The notes: generated by a model not told the origin, from the letters alone. Positions 1 through 9,389 are shown, numbered from the stretch's first letter. The stretch: DNA of 64,000 bases from Pseudomonadales bacterium (GCA_963665195.1 OY762070.1:4977809-5041808), one strand, 5' to 3'. Made by a program: numbers and translations.

Positions 1-554
1 CCCAGCCGGGCATCTTCGAGACCGCCCGCAAGGGCGCGCTCAAGGGCCTCGAGGCGCTGCGCGAAGAAGGCGTGGTGCGGGCCATCGGCCTCGGCGTAAA
101 CGAATGGCAGGTGTGCAGCCGCGTCATGGACGAGATGGATGTGGACTGCTTCCTGCTCGCCGGGCGGTTCACGCTGCTCGAACAGGCGCCGCTCGAGACC
201 TTCCTGCCGAAGTGCGTAGAGCGCGGTGTCTCGATCGTCATCGGCGGGCCGTACAACTCCGGCATCCTCGCCACCGACGAGCGGCGCCGCGCCACCTACG
301 ACTACAAGCCGGCGCCCGAAAAGCTGTGGCGGAAGGCGCAGGCCATCCGCCGAATGTGCGAATCCCACGGCGTGGACCCCCGCGCCGCGGCGCTGCAATA
401 TCCGCTGCGGCATCCCGCTGTTGCCGCCGTGATCCCCGGCGTCTGGGCGGTTCACGAAGTGGAAACCAACCTCGAACTGATCGCCGCGGACATTCCCGAC
501 GGGCTGTGGCGCGATCTCGCAGAGGCCGGCTTGGCGCAGATGATCGACGCATGA
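1..554 (+). CDS. aldo/keto reductase, 3' part (gene runs off the left window edge)
   Basis: Open frame from base 1 to TGA at 552-554. Protein is identical to the C-terminal half of the complete AKR at 5299-6297 up to about nt 496, then diverges (ADIPDGLWRDLAEAGLAQMIDA vs ADIADALWHDLAEADLAQMIDA). Confidence 0.85.
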   Translation, partial: QPGIFETARKGALKGLEALREEGVVRAIGLGVNEWQVCSRVMDEMDVDCFLLAGRFTLLEQAPLETFLPKCVERGVSIVIGGPYNSGILATDERRRATYDYKPAPEKLWRKAQAIRRMCESHGVDPRAAALQYPLRHPAVAAVIPGVWAVHEVETNLELIAADIPDGLWRDLAEAGLAQMIDA

Positions 555-1051
555 AGCGCTTGCTGATCGGCGTCGCCATCGGCGCACTCGGCGGCATCGC
601 CGCGGGCTTCGCGCTCGGCATTGGCGTCTTTCCGTACCTGTTTCCCCCGGCGCCGGTCAACGAGGCGCTGCCGGAGCGCTTCACCGCCTCCGCGCTGGCG
701 CAGGCCACGTTCGTTCACGCCGACCCCGCCGATCCCATTCACTACGGCCGAGGCACCGCAACGCTTTACGCCGACCTTTTGCGCCTTGAGGCGGACTTCG
801 AGGTCGGTCCGGGTCCGAAATTCCACGTCTATCTGGTGCCGGAGGCCCTGGTGACGCCGGAAACGGACGTGGAGGCAACGATGTTCGTGGACCTCGGTCG
901 GCTCAAGGCATTCGAAGGCAGTCAGAACTACCCGATTCCGCCCGGCGTCGCGCCGCTCGATTACGGCAGCGTGGTGATCTGGTGCGAGCAGTTCGACGTG
1001 CTGATTTCGCCGGCGGTGGTCGAGCCGTCAGTCCCGAACGCTGGGACCTAG
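551..1051 (+). CDS. DM13 domain-containing membrane-anchored protein (copy 1)
   Basis: ATG at 551 overlaps the AKR stop (ATGA). N-terminal TM helix MKRLLIGVAIGALGGIAAGFALG. DM13-like motifs GPGPKFHVYL, LGRLKAFEGSQNYPIP, VVIWCEQFDVLISPA. Confidence 0.8.
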   Translation: MKRLLIGVAIGALGGIAAGFALGIGVFPYLFPPAPVNEALPERFTASALAQATFVHADPADPIHYGRGTATLYADLLRLEADFEVGPGPKFHVYLVPEALVTPETDVEATMFVDLGRLKAFEGSQNYPIPPGVAPLDYGSVVIWCEQFDVLISPAVVEPSVPNAGT

Positions 1052-1290
1052 CTGCCCCGCGATGCGGCTACGGATCAGTTCACGTTGCTCTGAGGCGACA
1101 TCCAGGGTTTCGAATCGTTCGAGGAACGCCGGCCAGTCGATGAGGCCGTGGCGGTACATCGCTTCGGTGAACTCCTCCGGGGCGTTCGACGCGCGCCCAG
1201 AATCGACTGGCTGCCAACCACGATGTACTCATCGAATCCGAGCATGGCAGCAGCGGCGCGGATTATGTGCTCAAGCTGGTACCGTTCCAC
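1049..1290 (-). pseudogene. remnant of a DUF6036-like nucleotidyltransferase (toxin-like) gene, frameshifted or internally deleted
   Basis: GTG at 1290 opens VERYQLEHIIRAAAAMLGFDEYIVVGSQSILG, an N-terminus resembling that family. The frame then breaks, and another frame reads SNAPEEFTEAMYRHGLIDWPAFLERFETLDVASEQRELIRSRIAGQL to a stop overlapping the DM13 stop. Confidence 0.35.
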
Positions 1291-1642
1291 GAATAGCCAA
1301 CCTCTCGCGCTGCGAGAGAATCCCGGAGAACGGCGTGCTCTGGCGCATCCGAACCGAGTTCTCGTCAAGCGAAACCAAGATGTGCCGGAGCGCTGGCCAC
1401 GGTCGATCCAAAGCCTCCAGCCACTCGGCATAGGCGGCAGGCATGCGTCCCATTTGCTCGGCCCACCGATGGATGTTCCTCCGGGGCAGTTCGAGCAGAG
1501 AGGGGTCGATATCGATCTTGGCAGCGATGGCGATGTGGGTCTGTCGCCGGATCTCGTCGAGCCGGTCGTGGGGGTTGGCCCAAGGCCGGCCCAAGGGTCT
1601 CGTCTGCCCGTCCATACGGCGGACTATAGCGCCGACCGCCAC
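1271..1642 (-). CDS. hypothetical protein, antitoxin-like partner of the downstream remnant
   Basis: 123-aa ORF (possible internal start MDGQ at 1615). Its 3' end overlaps the GTG of the downstream remnant by 20 nt, a typical two-gene TA layout. No domain assigned. Confidence 0.45.
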   Translation of the reverse strand: MAVGAIVRRMDGQTRPLGRPWANPHDRLDEIRRQTHIAIAAKIDIDPSLLELPRRNIHRWAEQMGRMPAAYAEWLEALDRPWPALRHILVSLDENSVRMRQSTPFSGILSQRERLAIRGTVPA

Positions 1643-2094
1643 CTAGTGTTCTATCACGTCTCGACGTTCAGTTAGAGCCGCCTGAGCTTGGGTGCGCATG
1701 TAGCCGGTGGTGACTGCCAATCCACGCCGGCGCGGCAGGGATTCCCATCACACGGCGTCGCGATGCAACACGATCTCGGTGCAGGCTGGCCAGGGGGTGG
1801 CACAGGCCGCGCCCAGCGCCGGCCCTGCTGTGTTCAGCCAGCTACCGTACTTCGGAGTAGAGAACAGCTCCCCAGTCAACCGCCGTGCGCCGGCCGCTCA
1901 CCGGCACATATGGCCGGCCCGCCAAGGCCCACACCGCAGGAGCCCTCCCGGAGGCAAGTGTGGTCACGACCACGACCTCGCTGCTCCCGGCGCACATCTC
2001 GGAAGGCTCACAGCGCATGGGTGCGGCGGCTGCCGGAGCGCGATGGCTGTACCGATGCATGATGTAGGACCGTGGTAGTGTTGGGATCCGCAAC

Positions 2095-2379
2095 GTGACG
2101 AAGGGCTCCACGATGTCGTTTAACGCCGACGATTTCCGACGAGGCTTGCAGGCGAAACTCCGATCAGCGAAGTCCAACGGGAGTCGTTGGCTCGTTGTCC
2201 AAGCCGGTGAGTTGCACGACGAACTCGGCGCGGATAACCGAGTGCCCGCGTGCTGCGGCGCTATGGTTGCCACCATGAGGCCCGGCGACACCGTCATGGA
2301 GTCGCCGCCCAGCGGAATGGGGCGGAGCTTGACCATCTTCTACTGGCTTGACCAAAGAGATGCGCAAGATGGACAGTAA
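2095..2379 (+). CDS. small hypothetical protein
   Basis: 94-aa ORF in a lower-GC patch. The segment GELHDELG..NRVPACCGAMV..MRPGDTV..PPSGMGRSLTIFYWL resembles a recurrent small bacterial protein family I cannot name. The competing minus ORF 1842-2336 looks like a GC artefact. Confidence 0.5.
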   Translation: MTKGSTMSFNADDFRRGLQAKLRSAKSNGSRWLVVQAGELHDELGADNRVPACCGAMVATMRPGDTVMESPPSGMGRSLTIFYWLDQRDAQDGQ

Positions 2380-2394
2380 GGAGTCTGGCCTAAA

Positions 2395-3665
2395 TAACCT
2401 ATTTATTTGGAGCGTTTCTTTTTCGGCGAGATGACATAGTTCCAGTCGCCGTGGAACTTGTCCCTGGACAGCGACAGGGCGTCCATCTGCTCGTCGCTCA
2501 CCTTCACTCCCGTGGGATACTCGCCGTCGTCCAGCTCGGAGCGGATCTCCAGGCCCTTCTTCGTCGTCGTGGCCGCGATCAGGCTCACCACCGCCTCCCT
2601 GCTGACGAGCGGCCTGCCGCGCCAGTTCTCCGTGATCCGGCTGAACATGCGGTGCTCGATCTTGTTCCACTTGCTCGTGCCCGGCGGGAAGTGGCACACC
2701 GACACCTTCAGCCCCGTCTCGTCCGCAAAGCGCTGCAGCTCGACCTTCCACAGCCGGCTGCGGCTGCCGTTCGAGCCGCCCGCGTCCGCGGCCGCCAGCA
2801 GACGCCGCGCCGCCGGGTACCTCGCGCTCCCCATCCGCAGCCACCAGCGCCGCAGCGTCTCCGCCGCGAACGACGCCGTGTCGTGGTCCGCGCCCACGCT
2901 CACCCAGCCCGCGTCCGCCGCCACGTCGTACACCCCGTACGGGATCGCCTTGCCCAGCTCCGCGTCCTTGAAGTCGTGGACGCGCACCTTCTCCGGCTCC
3001 CCCGCCGGGCGCCATTCCCGCCCGCCGTTGCGGAAGTCCCCCACCAGCTCCTTCTTCTTCGTGTCCACCGACACCACCGGGGTGCCGCCGCGCATGAACG
3101 CCTTCGCCCGGCGGTTGATGTGGTTGAACTGCGCGTCCCGGTCCGGGTGCTGGCGACCCTCCAAGGTCTTGCGGTTCGACTGCAAGCTGTAGCCCATGTC
3201 GTGCAGCAGCCGGTTCACCGTCCGCTCGCTCACCGGGTGCCCTGCCGCGTCCAGCGCCTCCGCCAGCTTCGCCGCGCTCAGACTCGTCCAGCGCAGCGGC
3301 CCCGACGGATCGCCCCGCGTCGCCGGATCCACCAGCCGCTCCAGCGCCGGCACCAGCCCCGGGTCCCTGTCCTCCGCCCGCTTCCGGCCGCCGCCGGGCG
3401 AGCGCTGCCGATCCGACGCCTCGACGCCCGACTCCAGCTCCCGCAGGCCCTTCGCGATCGTGACCCGCGACATGCCCGTCGCCTCCCACACCCGCTCGAT
3501 GCCCCCGCGACCGACCGCGCGCGCCTCGGTCGCAGCCCAGAGCCTCTTGGCGCGCTCGTCGAGCACCGGTTCCAGATCCAGAAACTTCGCAAGTATCGTC
3601 CGCGTCGCAGCGTCGTCCATGACCCTGGCCTCTCGGCAAAAGTGCGCTCAACAATACAGGATGTT
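2395..3665 (-). mobile_element. ISAzo13-family insertion sequence (about 1.27 kb, ends approximate)
   Basis: Single transposase ORF. Imperfect terminal inverted repeats CCTATTTATTTGGAGCG (2398-2414) and the reverse complement of 3645-3660 (CCTGTATTGTTGAGCG), each followed inward by a TTTT..CGAGAG-like stretch. No clear target-site duplication seen. Confidence 0.75.
2403..3620 (-). CDS. ISAzo13-family DDE transposase
   Basis: 405 aa. N-terminal HTH region (ATGMSRVTIAKGLREL) and hallmark motifs VSVDTKKKELVGDF, IPYGVYD, LWKVELQ, CHFPPGTSKWNKIEHRMFS. Confidence 0.92.
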   Translation of the reverse strand: MDDAATRTILAKFLDLEPVLDERAKRLWAATEARAVGRGGIERVWEATGMSRVTIAKGLRELESGVEASDRQRSPGGGRKRAEDRDPGLVPALERLVDPATRGDPSGPLRWTSLSAAKLAEALDAAGHPVSERTVNRLLHDMGYSLQSNRKTLEGRQHPDRDAQFNHINRRAKAFMRGGTPVVSVDTKKKELVGDFRNGGREWRPAGEPEKVRVHDFKDAELGKAIPYGVYDVAADAGWVSVGADHDTASFAAETLRRWWLRMGSARYPAARRLLAAADAGGSNGSRSRLWKVELQRFADETGLKVSVCHFPPGTSKWNKIEHRMFSRITENWRGRPLVSREAVVSLIAATTTKKGLEIRSELDDGEYPTGVKVSDEQMDALSLSRDKFHGDWNYVISPKKKRSK

Positions 3666-4217
3666 CCTGCGAGAGTACTAAGCGCCAAAGTCACCGGATT
3701 GCTGCTTCCAAGCGGAGCGCTACGGTACTTGCGGTTTGCGTCTTCGTACTGGCCTTTGGGACCGCGGCATGTACCGAAGCGCCAAGCTTGTCGCCAAGTG
3801 AACGCATCCTTGTTTGCCGGGCAGCCATCGCTACGGTCATGGGGCGGCCCATGGAGATCATCCGGGGCACTGAATCCGCCAACAGTACAGTCCGAACAAG
3901 CTACCGGAGGCCGGACGATAATACGCTGTGGCGGAACCTTTGCCGTTTCGACGGCAATCGTGTCATATGGGCATCCATTCGGGAGGACAACTCCACTGGT
4001 CGTTGGCGCTCCCACCATCTCGACCCCGTTGTGACGTTCGAGTTGGATGCCCGGTACGTGACCATAACGGAGGCATACGGCGACGGGACCGGTGTGAGAA
4101 AGAGCTACGCACATGGGCCAGCCGCACCATAGCGGCCCTACGACTAGCGCCTGGATACCGTGTCGGCGCCCCAGAGGTCAGCTAGGCGAGACCGAAAGCA
4201 AAAGGAGCGCGCACCAA

Positions 4218-4835
4218 TCAGAAGCGGATGCCCAGCAGCTTGCCCACGGCAGAGAGCGTCTCGTCCGGCGTCGAGACCTGCTCCGCAACCAAGCCAGTGG
4301 CTCGGGCGCCCCATACATTCGCTGCGTTGTCGTCCAGGAAGCCGATTTCTCTCGGCTTGTAGCCCATGTCCGCGGCGACGTGCCGATACGCCTCGACATC
4401 CGGTTTGCGCAGGCCGATCTGCCAAGACGTGTAGATCTTCCGAAACGGCCGCAGCGCATCGCCCAGGCGTTCTTCCCAGACTGCCTGATGCACGGCGTTG
4501 GTATTGGAGAAGCAGTACAGGGGGATGGCCTCGGCGATGCGCGGCAAGGCGTCCACCACGGGCGCGATCGGGTCCTGCAGCAGCGCATTCCAGCCGTCCT
4601 GCCATTCGGACTTCGAGAGCTCGATGCCGAGCTGCGCCGAGAGGTGCTCCAGATAGGTGTCGAAGTCGATCGCGTTGGTTTCGAGATCCGCGTAGGCCTC
4701 TTCGACTCGCCATCGCCGGGCGATGTCCGCTGCCGGGACGCCTACCGAACGCGCCCAATGTGCGAAGCAGGCGCGGCCATCCACGCCGAGCACGACGCCG
4801 CCGAGGTCCAGCAGGAGCGCTCGAATCGTATTCAC
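4218..4835 (-). CDS. HAD-IA family hydrolase
   Basis: 205 aa. Motif I LLDLGGV, plus FSNTN and KPD..Y, and a FLDDN acidic motif. Confidence 0.85.
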   Translation of the reverse strand: MNTIRALLLDLGGVVLGVDGRACFAHWARSVGVPAADIARRWRVEEAYADLETNAIDFDTYLEHLSAQLGIELSKSEWQDGWNALLQDPIAPVVDALPRIAEAIPLYCFSNTNAVHQAVWEERLGDALRPFRKIYTSWQIGLRKPDVEAYRHVAADMGYKPREIGFLDDNAANVWGARATGLVAEQVSTPDETLSAVGKLLGIRF

Positions 4836-5278
4836 TCGTCTGCGGTCCGCAGAGCCGCGGCGACCTCCTGCCCCAGGTCGGTGAGGCGATAGCCGACTTC
4901 CAGGCTCTGCGTCAGCCCAAGCGCCTTGAGGCGTCGGACATTGGCCTTGAACTTGGCGGTCGGAAGCCCCGCCGACGCGGCCAAGTCCGCCGCCCGGGTC
5001 CCCGGCTGCGCCTCAATCAGCGCCAGCGCCGCGCCCGTCCACGGCTTGGCGCTGCGTCGGTCCGTGGCGGCCGCGAGCACTATCTGGACAAGCAGGTGCG
5101 CCCAGTGGCGGAACCCGTGCTCGCCGCCCTCGATCTGGACTTCGACCAAGCCATCGGCGACGACCGGCAGACGACGCTGTTCTGACGCCGGATCGGCCCC
5201 AAGCACAAGCAGTGCGTGGTTCCGGCACGGGGCGTTGGCGATGCGCTGGAAAATCTGATGGAATCCGCTCGCGCTCAT
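4832..5278 (-). CDS. winged-helix (MarR-like) DNA-binding protein
   Basis: C-terminal wHTH GTRAADLAASAGLPTAKFKANVRRLKALGL. Stop overlaps the HAD start (ATGA). Divergent from the AKR gene with a 20-nt spacer. Start taken at MSASGF; an upstream ATG at 5308 is possible. Confidence 0.6.
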   Translation of the reverse strand: MSASGFHQIFQRIANAPCRNHALLVLGADPASEQRRLPVVADGLVEVQIEGGEHGFRHWAHLLVQIVLAAATDRRSAKPWTGAALALIEAQPGTRAADLAASAGLPTAKFKANVRRLKALGLTQSLEVGYRLTDLGQEVAAALRTADE

Positions 5279-5298
5279 CGGGAAAGGACAGAGCAAGC

Positions 5299-6297
5299 AT
5301 GATCGCAACGCGGAACATCGGCAAGACGGACATCGAAGTCAGCGAACTCGGTTTCGGGGGTGCGCCGCTCGGCGCGGTCGGGGATCGCATCACCGGCGCC
5401 GATGCGGCCGCCATCGTCAGCCGGGCGCGCGAAGGCGGCGTCCGCTACTTCGACACCGCGCCGCTCTACGGCCATGGCCTCAGCGAGAAGCGGCTCGGCG
5501 CGACGCTCGGCGAGTGGGAGCGCGACGACTTCGTCCTGTCCACCAAGATCGGCCGCTTGCTCGTCCCGGCAGCCGAAGGCGAGCGCTACGCGGGGATGCG
5601 CGACAGCGAACCGGTCGCCATCCGCTACGACTACTCCGAGGGCGCGGTGCGGCGTTCGCTGGAATCGAGCCTGGCGCGGCTCGGCCTCGACCGGGTGGAC
5701 ATTCTGCTCTGCCACGACATCGATGTCTGGACCCACGGCGACGCCCAGCCGGGCATCTTCGAGACCGCCCGCAAGGGCGCGCTCAAGGGCCTCGAGGCGC
5801 TGCGCGAAGAAGGCGTGGTGCGGGCCATCGGCCTCGGCGTAAACGAATGGCAGGTGTGCAGCCGCGTCATGGACGAGATGGATGTGGACTGCTTCCTGCT
5901 CGCCGGGCGGTTCACGCTGCTCGAACAGGCGCCGCTCGAGACCTTCCTGCCGAAGTGCGTAGAGCGCGGTGTCTCGATCGTCATCGGCGGGCCGTACAAC
6001 TCCGGCATCCTCGCCACCGACGAGCGGCGCCGCGCCACCTACGACTACAAGCCGGCGCCCGAAAAGCTGTGGCGGAAGGCGCAGGCCATCCGCCGAATGT
6101 GCGAATCCCACGGCGTGGACCCCCGCGCCGCGGCGCTGCAATATCCGCTGCGGCATCCCGCTGTTGCCGCCGTGATCCCCGGCGTCTGGGCGGTTCACGA
6201 AGTGGAAACCAACCTCGAACTGATCGCCGCGGACATTGCCGATGCGCTGTGGCACGACCTGGCAGAGGCCGACCTAGCGCAGATGATCGACGCATGA
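5299..6297 (+). CDS. aldo/keto reductase (complete copy)
   Basis: 332 aa. ELGFGGAPLG, YFDTAPLYGHGLSE and LLCHD are typical AKR motifs. Confidence 0.9.
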   Translation: MIATRNIGKTDIEVSELGFGGAPLGAVGDRITGADAAAIVSRAREGGVRYFDTAPLYGHGLSEKRLGATLGEWERDDFVLSTKIGRLLVPAAEGERYAGMRDSEPVAIRYDYSEGAVRRSLESSLARLGLDRVDILLCHDIDVWTHGDAQPGIFETARKGALKGLEALREEGVVRAIGLGVNEWQVCSRVMDEMDVDCFLLAGRFTLLEQAPLETFLPKCVERGVSIVIGGPYNSGILATDERRRATYDYKPAPEKLWRKAQAIRRMCESHGVDPRAAALQYPLRHPAVAAVIPGVWAVHEVETNLELIAADIADALWHDLAEADLAQMIDA

Positions 6298-6791
6298 AGC
6301 GCCTGCTGCTCGGCGTCGGCATCGGCGCACTCGGCGGCATCGCCGCGGGCTTCGCGCTCGGCATCGGCGTGTTTCCGTATCTGTTCCCGCCGCCGCCCGT
6401 CAACGAGGCGCTGCCGGAGCGCCTCGCCCCCGCCGTCGCCCAGGCCACCTTCATCCACGCCGACCCCGCCGATCCCATCCACTACGGCAGAGGCACCGCT
6501 ACGCTCTACGCGGACCTGTTGCGGCTGGAGGCGGATTTCGAGGTCGGCCCCGGGCCCAAGTTCCACGTCTATCTGGTACCCGATGCCGAGGTGACGCCGG
6601 AGACGGACGTGGAAGCGTCGATGTTCGTGGACCTCGGCAGGCTCAAGGCATTCGAAGGCAGTCAGAATTACCCGATTCCGCCCGGCGTCGCGCCGCTGGA
6701 TTACGGCAGCGTGGTGATCTGGTGCGAGCAGTTCGACGTGCTGATTTCGCCGGCGGCGGTCGAGCCCTCTGTCCCCAACGCAGGGACCTAG
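5744..6791 (+). repeat. direct repeat copy B of the AKR-3'/DM13 unit (partner 1-1051)
   Basis: See the partner feature. Offset is 5743 nt in the AKR part and 5740 nt at the DM13 stop. Confidence 0.9.
6294..6791 (+). CDS. DM13 domain-containing membrane-anchored protein (copy 2)
   Basis: ATGA overlap with the AKR stop. Collinear with 551-1051 but diverged and one codon shorter. Confidence 0.85.
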   Translation: MKRLLLGVGIGALGGIAAGFALGIGVFPYLFPPPPVNEALPERLAPAVAQATFIHADPADPIHYGRGTATLYADLLRLEADFEVGPGPKFHVYLVPDAEVTPETDVEASMFVDLGRLKAFEGSQNYPIPPGVAPLDYGSVVIWCEQFDVLISPAAVEPSVPNAGT

Positions 6792-7020
6792 CCCTCGCCT
6801 AGCCCAACGGCGGGCTGGTCGGCGCGACCGAGGTTGTTGCTGATCGCGACCATCTCCTCGGCTACGACCTCGGTCTATCGGACGAGGCGGTGCTGGACGT
6901 CAGCCCATGCACGACCGAGCGGCGCACGGACGGAAAGGCCAGCGCCAACACCGGTGGCGGCGCCTCGTCGACCGCGTAGCAAAGCGCGTGGGAGGGGGAA
7001 TCGCCGTCATTCTCGCTCAT
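6789..7020 (-). pseudogene. possible remnant of a nucleobase:cation symporter (NCS2)-like gene
   Basis: ATG at 7020 opens MSENDGDSPSHALCYAVDEAPPPVLALAF, which resembles the conserved NCS2 N-terminus (Y.LED.PP....L). The frame stops after 52 codons, and a second frame ends on a stop overlapping the DM13 stop. Confidence 0.25.
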
Positions 7021-7075
7021 GGTCTCTCGCGAGGCGGGCGCAAAGGCGCACCATGCCGGGGCGTTGGCGCGCTTC

Positions 7076-8122
7076 TCAGTGCGCTTCGGCCAATGCGCGC
7101 CGGATGCGCCCGATGCGCGCCTCGCGCAGGCGGATGCCGTACGCCGCGCCGGGCGTCGCGTCCACCCGCAACGCCCTCAGTTCGTCGATGAGCCGGCGGC
7201 GCGCCGTCAGCGAGTGGCCCGCGCAGCGCTCGGCGGTTGCGAGCACGAGTCCGGCCAGCGGCCCTTGGCGGAAGGCGTCGATGGCGAGCACGGCGTTCAG
7301 GAGCGCGGCCGCATCGGGTGCCGGCGCGGCGAGCGTCCTGCCATGCCTCGCGAGCGCGGTCGCGGCGCGCTGCGCAAGGCGAGCGGCGCGCAGTCGCTTG
7401 TAGAGGGCGTCGACTGCCGCTGCGTCGTTGACCCAGCCGATAGCGGCCAATGCCTGCTGGGGCGCGGCGAACTCGCAGCGCTGGAAGAGCCCCACGGTGT
7501 CCGGCAGGTCCAGTTCGTCGAACCAGCCAGTCGTGCCCACCGCGTCCAGCACGGCGAAGAAGCGATCCGGTCGCGGCGCGGCGGCCGCCTTCTCCCACTC
7601 CCGCCAGACGCGCTCGCCGGAGAGCGCCCGCAGCGCCGGGCGCATGGCGCGCATCAGGGCGAGCGTCTCTTCGGCCACCGTGAACTCGGCGAGCGCCGCG
7701 GCGAAGCGGGCGACGCGGAAGACGCGCAGGGGGTCCTCGGCAAAGGCCGGCGAGACGTGGCGCAGCACGCGCGCCCGCAGGTCGCGCTCGCCGCCGTAGG
7801 GATCGATCAGCGTCTCGCCGTCGCGGGCCATGGCGTTGACGGTGAGGTCGCGCCGGGCGAGGTCTTCCTCCAGCGTCACGTCCGGGTCCGCATCGCACTC
7901 GAAGTCCGCATGGCCGGGGCCGGTCTTGCGCTCGGTGCGAGCGAGGGCGTGCTCTTCGCCGGTGCGCGGATGCAGGAACACGGGGAAGTCCCGGCCCACT
8001 TGGCGGAAGCCGTGGCGTCGCATCGCGGCAGGCGTGGCGCCAACCACGACCCAATCGCGCTCCGTCGGTTCGAGGCCCAGCAGCGCATCGCGCACCGCGC
8101 CGCCGACCAGATAGGTCTTCAT
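7076..8122 (-). CDS. cca: CCA-adding tRNA nucleotidyltransferase
   Basis: [25 protein letters not shown] and [14 protein letters not shown] motifs. Start overlaps the apaH stop (ATGA). Confidence 0.9.
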   Translation of the reverse strand: MKTYLVGGAVRDALLGLEPTERDWVVVGATPAAMRRHGFRQVGRDFPVFLHPRTGEEHALARTERKTGPGHADFECDADPDVTLEEDLARRDLTVNAMARDGETLIDPYGGERDLRARVLRHVSPAFAEDPLRVFRVARFAAALAEFTVAEETLALMRAMRPALRALSGERVWREWEKAAAAPRPDRFFAVLDAVGTTGWFDELDLPDTVGLFQRCEFAAPQQALAAIGWVNDAAAVDALYKRLRAARLAQRAATALARHGRTLAAPAPDAAALLNAVLAIDAFRQGPLAGLVLATAERCAGHSLTARRRLIDELRALRVDATPGAAYGIRLREARIGRIRRALAEAH

Positions 8123-8964
8123 GCGGCGCTGGTGCGCGAGCGCGCCTCTTGCGCCGCGACTCGATAGCGGCGTCCGTCTTCCACGCGCACTGCGGTTAGC
8201 GTGCGGCCCCAGACGCAGCCGGTGTCCAAGGCGACGATCTGCGGCCGCGACCGGACGCTGCGGGAGTCGCCGGTCGTAGTGCCGTCCAAGGCGGCCCAGT
8301 GGCCGAAGTAGAGCGTGCAGCCCAGGCGCGACGGATACGAGAACCACGGTCGGTAGCCGGTCGGCAGGTCGGCCAAGGCGCCCTTGTGGGTGAACTCCAT
8401 GCGCGCCGCGGCGTCCACGAGCCTCATGCGAGTGAAGTAATTGACGATGGCGCGATGCCGGTCCATGCCGGTGAGCGCCGCGTCCCACAGGTCCGGCTGG
8501 TCGCCATACATGGCCTTGAAGAACGCGTCGTGTCCGGCGCCGCGCAGGACGGCTTCCACCTCGCGCGCATTGGCGCGCGCCGTCGCCAGGTCCCAGATGT
8601 GCGGGATGCCGGCGTGAACCATGGCGAAACCGTCGCCTTCGGCGAGCAGGGGCTGGCGGCGCAGCCAGGCGGCGAGTTCGGCGCAGTCCGGCGCGGCCAG
8701 CAGCTCGCCGAGGGTGTCGCTCCGACGTTGCGCATGGCCGCCGTAGACCATCGCCAGGAAGTGCAGGTCGTGATTGCCGAGCACGCCGGCGAAGCGCTCG
8801 CCGAGATCGCGCAGGAAGCGCAGCGTGTCGAGCGATTTGTGGCCGCGGTTGACGAGGTCCCCGACGCACCAGAGCCGGTCGCTCGCGCCGAAGCGCATCT
8901 CTTCGATGAGCGCCTTGAGGCTGTCCAGGCAGCCTTGGATGTCGCCGACGATGTAGGTGGCCAT
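8119..8964 (-). CDS. apaH: bis(5'-nucleosyl)-tetraphosphatase (symmetrical)
   Basis: [19 protein letters not shown] and GNHDLH metallophosphatase motifs. Conserved position after apaG. Confidence 0.93.
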   Translation of the reverse strand: MATYIVGDIQGCLDSLKALIEEMRFGASDRLWCVGDLVNRGHKSLDTLRFLRDLGERFAGVLGNHDLHFLAMVYGGHAQRRSDTLGELLAAPDCAELAAWLRRQPLLAEGDGFAMVHAGIPHIWDLATARANAREVEAVLRGAGHDAFFKAMYGDQPDLWDAALTGMDRHRAIVNYFTRMRLVDAAARMEFTHKGALADLPTGYRPWFSYPSRLGCTLYFGHWAALDGTTTGDSRSVRSRPQIVALDTGCVWGRTLTAVRVEDGRRYRVAAQEARSRTSAA

Positions 8965-8975
8965 GGGCGTGCGGT

Positions 8976-9344
8976 TCAGTGCACCGCGTTCGGCGTCTCC
9001 AGCGAGAACGCGTCGATGGGCACGTTGAACGATTCGCCGCTTTCCGCGCGGAACTCGTAGTGGCCCTGCATGACGCCGACCGCGGTCTCCAGCACGCAGG
9101 CGCTGGTGTAGCGGAAGGCCTGCCCCGGGGCGATGCGCGGCTGCTTGCCGACCACGCCCGGGCCGCGCACTTCCTGCTCTGCGCCATCGCCGTTGGTGAT
9201 CAGCCAATAGCGGTTCAGGAGGCGCGCCGGCTCGTCGCCGCGATTGGCGATGGTGATGGTGTAGGCGAACACGTAGCGATCCGCCACCGGATCGGACTCG
9301 GCGGCGATGAAGCGCGTCTCTACGGTGATTTCAAACCCTCTCAC
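8976..9344 (-). CDS. apaG: ApaG (DUF525) protein
   Basis: [25 protein letters not shown] and [19 protein letters not shown] are typical of ApaG. Start taken at GTG 9344, preceded by GGAAGAGG. The longest ORF reaches 9428 but would encode an atypical 28-aa basic extension across a REP-like hairpin. Confidence 0.85.
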   Translation of the reverse strand: MRGFEITVETRFIAAESDPVADRYVFAYTITIANRGDEPARLLNRYWLITNGDGAEQEVRGPGVVGKQPRIAPGQAFRYTSACVLETAVGVMQGHYEFRAESGESFNVPIDAFSLETPNAVH

Positions 9345-9389
9345 TCTGGCTGCCTCTTCCTGGTGCGAATGCTGTCGGTTGCGCTCGCG

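Larger units (their letters stand above)
1..1051 (+). repeat. direct repeat copy A of the AKR-3'/DM13 unit (partner 5744-6791)
   Basis: 1-~496 appears identical to 5744-~6239. The remainder is clearly diverged, with one 3-nt indel. Similarity stops at both DM13 stop codons. Confidence 0.9.

Noticed and set aside
2164-4034. Very long ORFs on both strands overlapping the transposase (2164-3654 minus, 2451-4034 plus). Similar giants overlap known genes elsewhere (11641-14094, 16714-18684, 51029-53803, 52081-54855 upstream parts, 57035-61015).
   Set aside because: Their Arg/Ala/Gly/Pro-rich, low-complexity translations are typical of off-frame reading in high-GC DNA. Each overlaps a gene with clear family motifs.
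3666-4217. Candidate genes 3788-4132 (plus), 3928-4185 (plus) and 3691-3882 (minus)
   Set aside because: None has a convincing start context, composition or motif. Only reported as an unassigned spacer.
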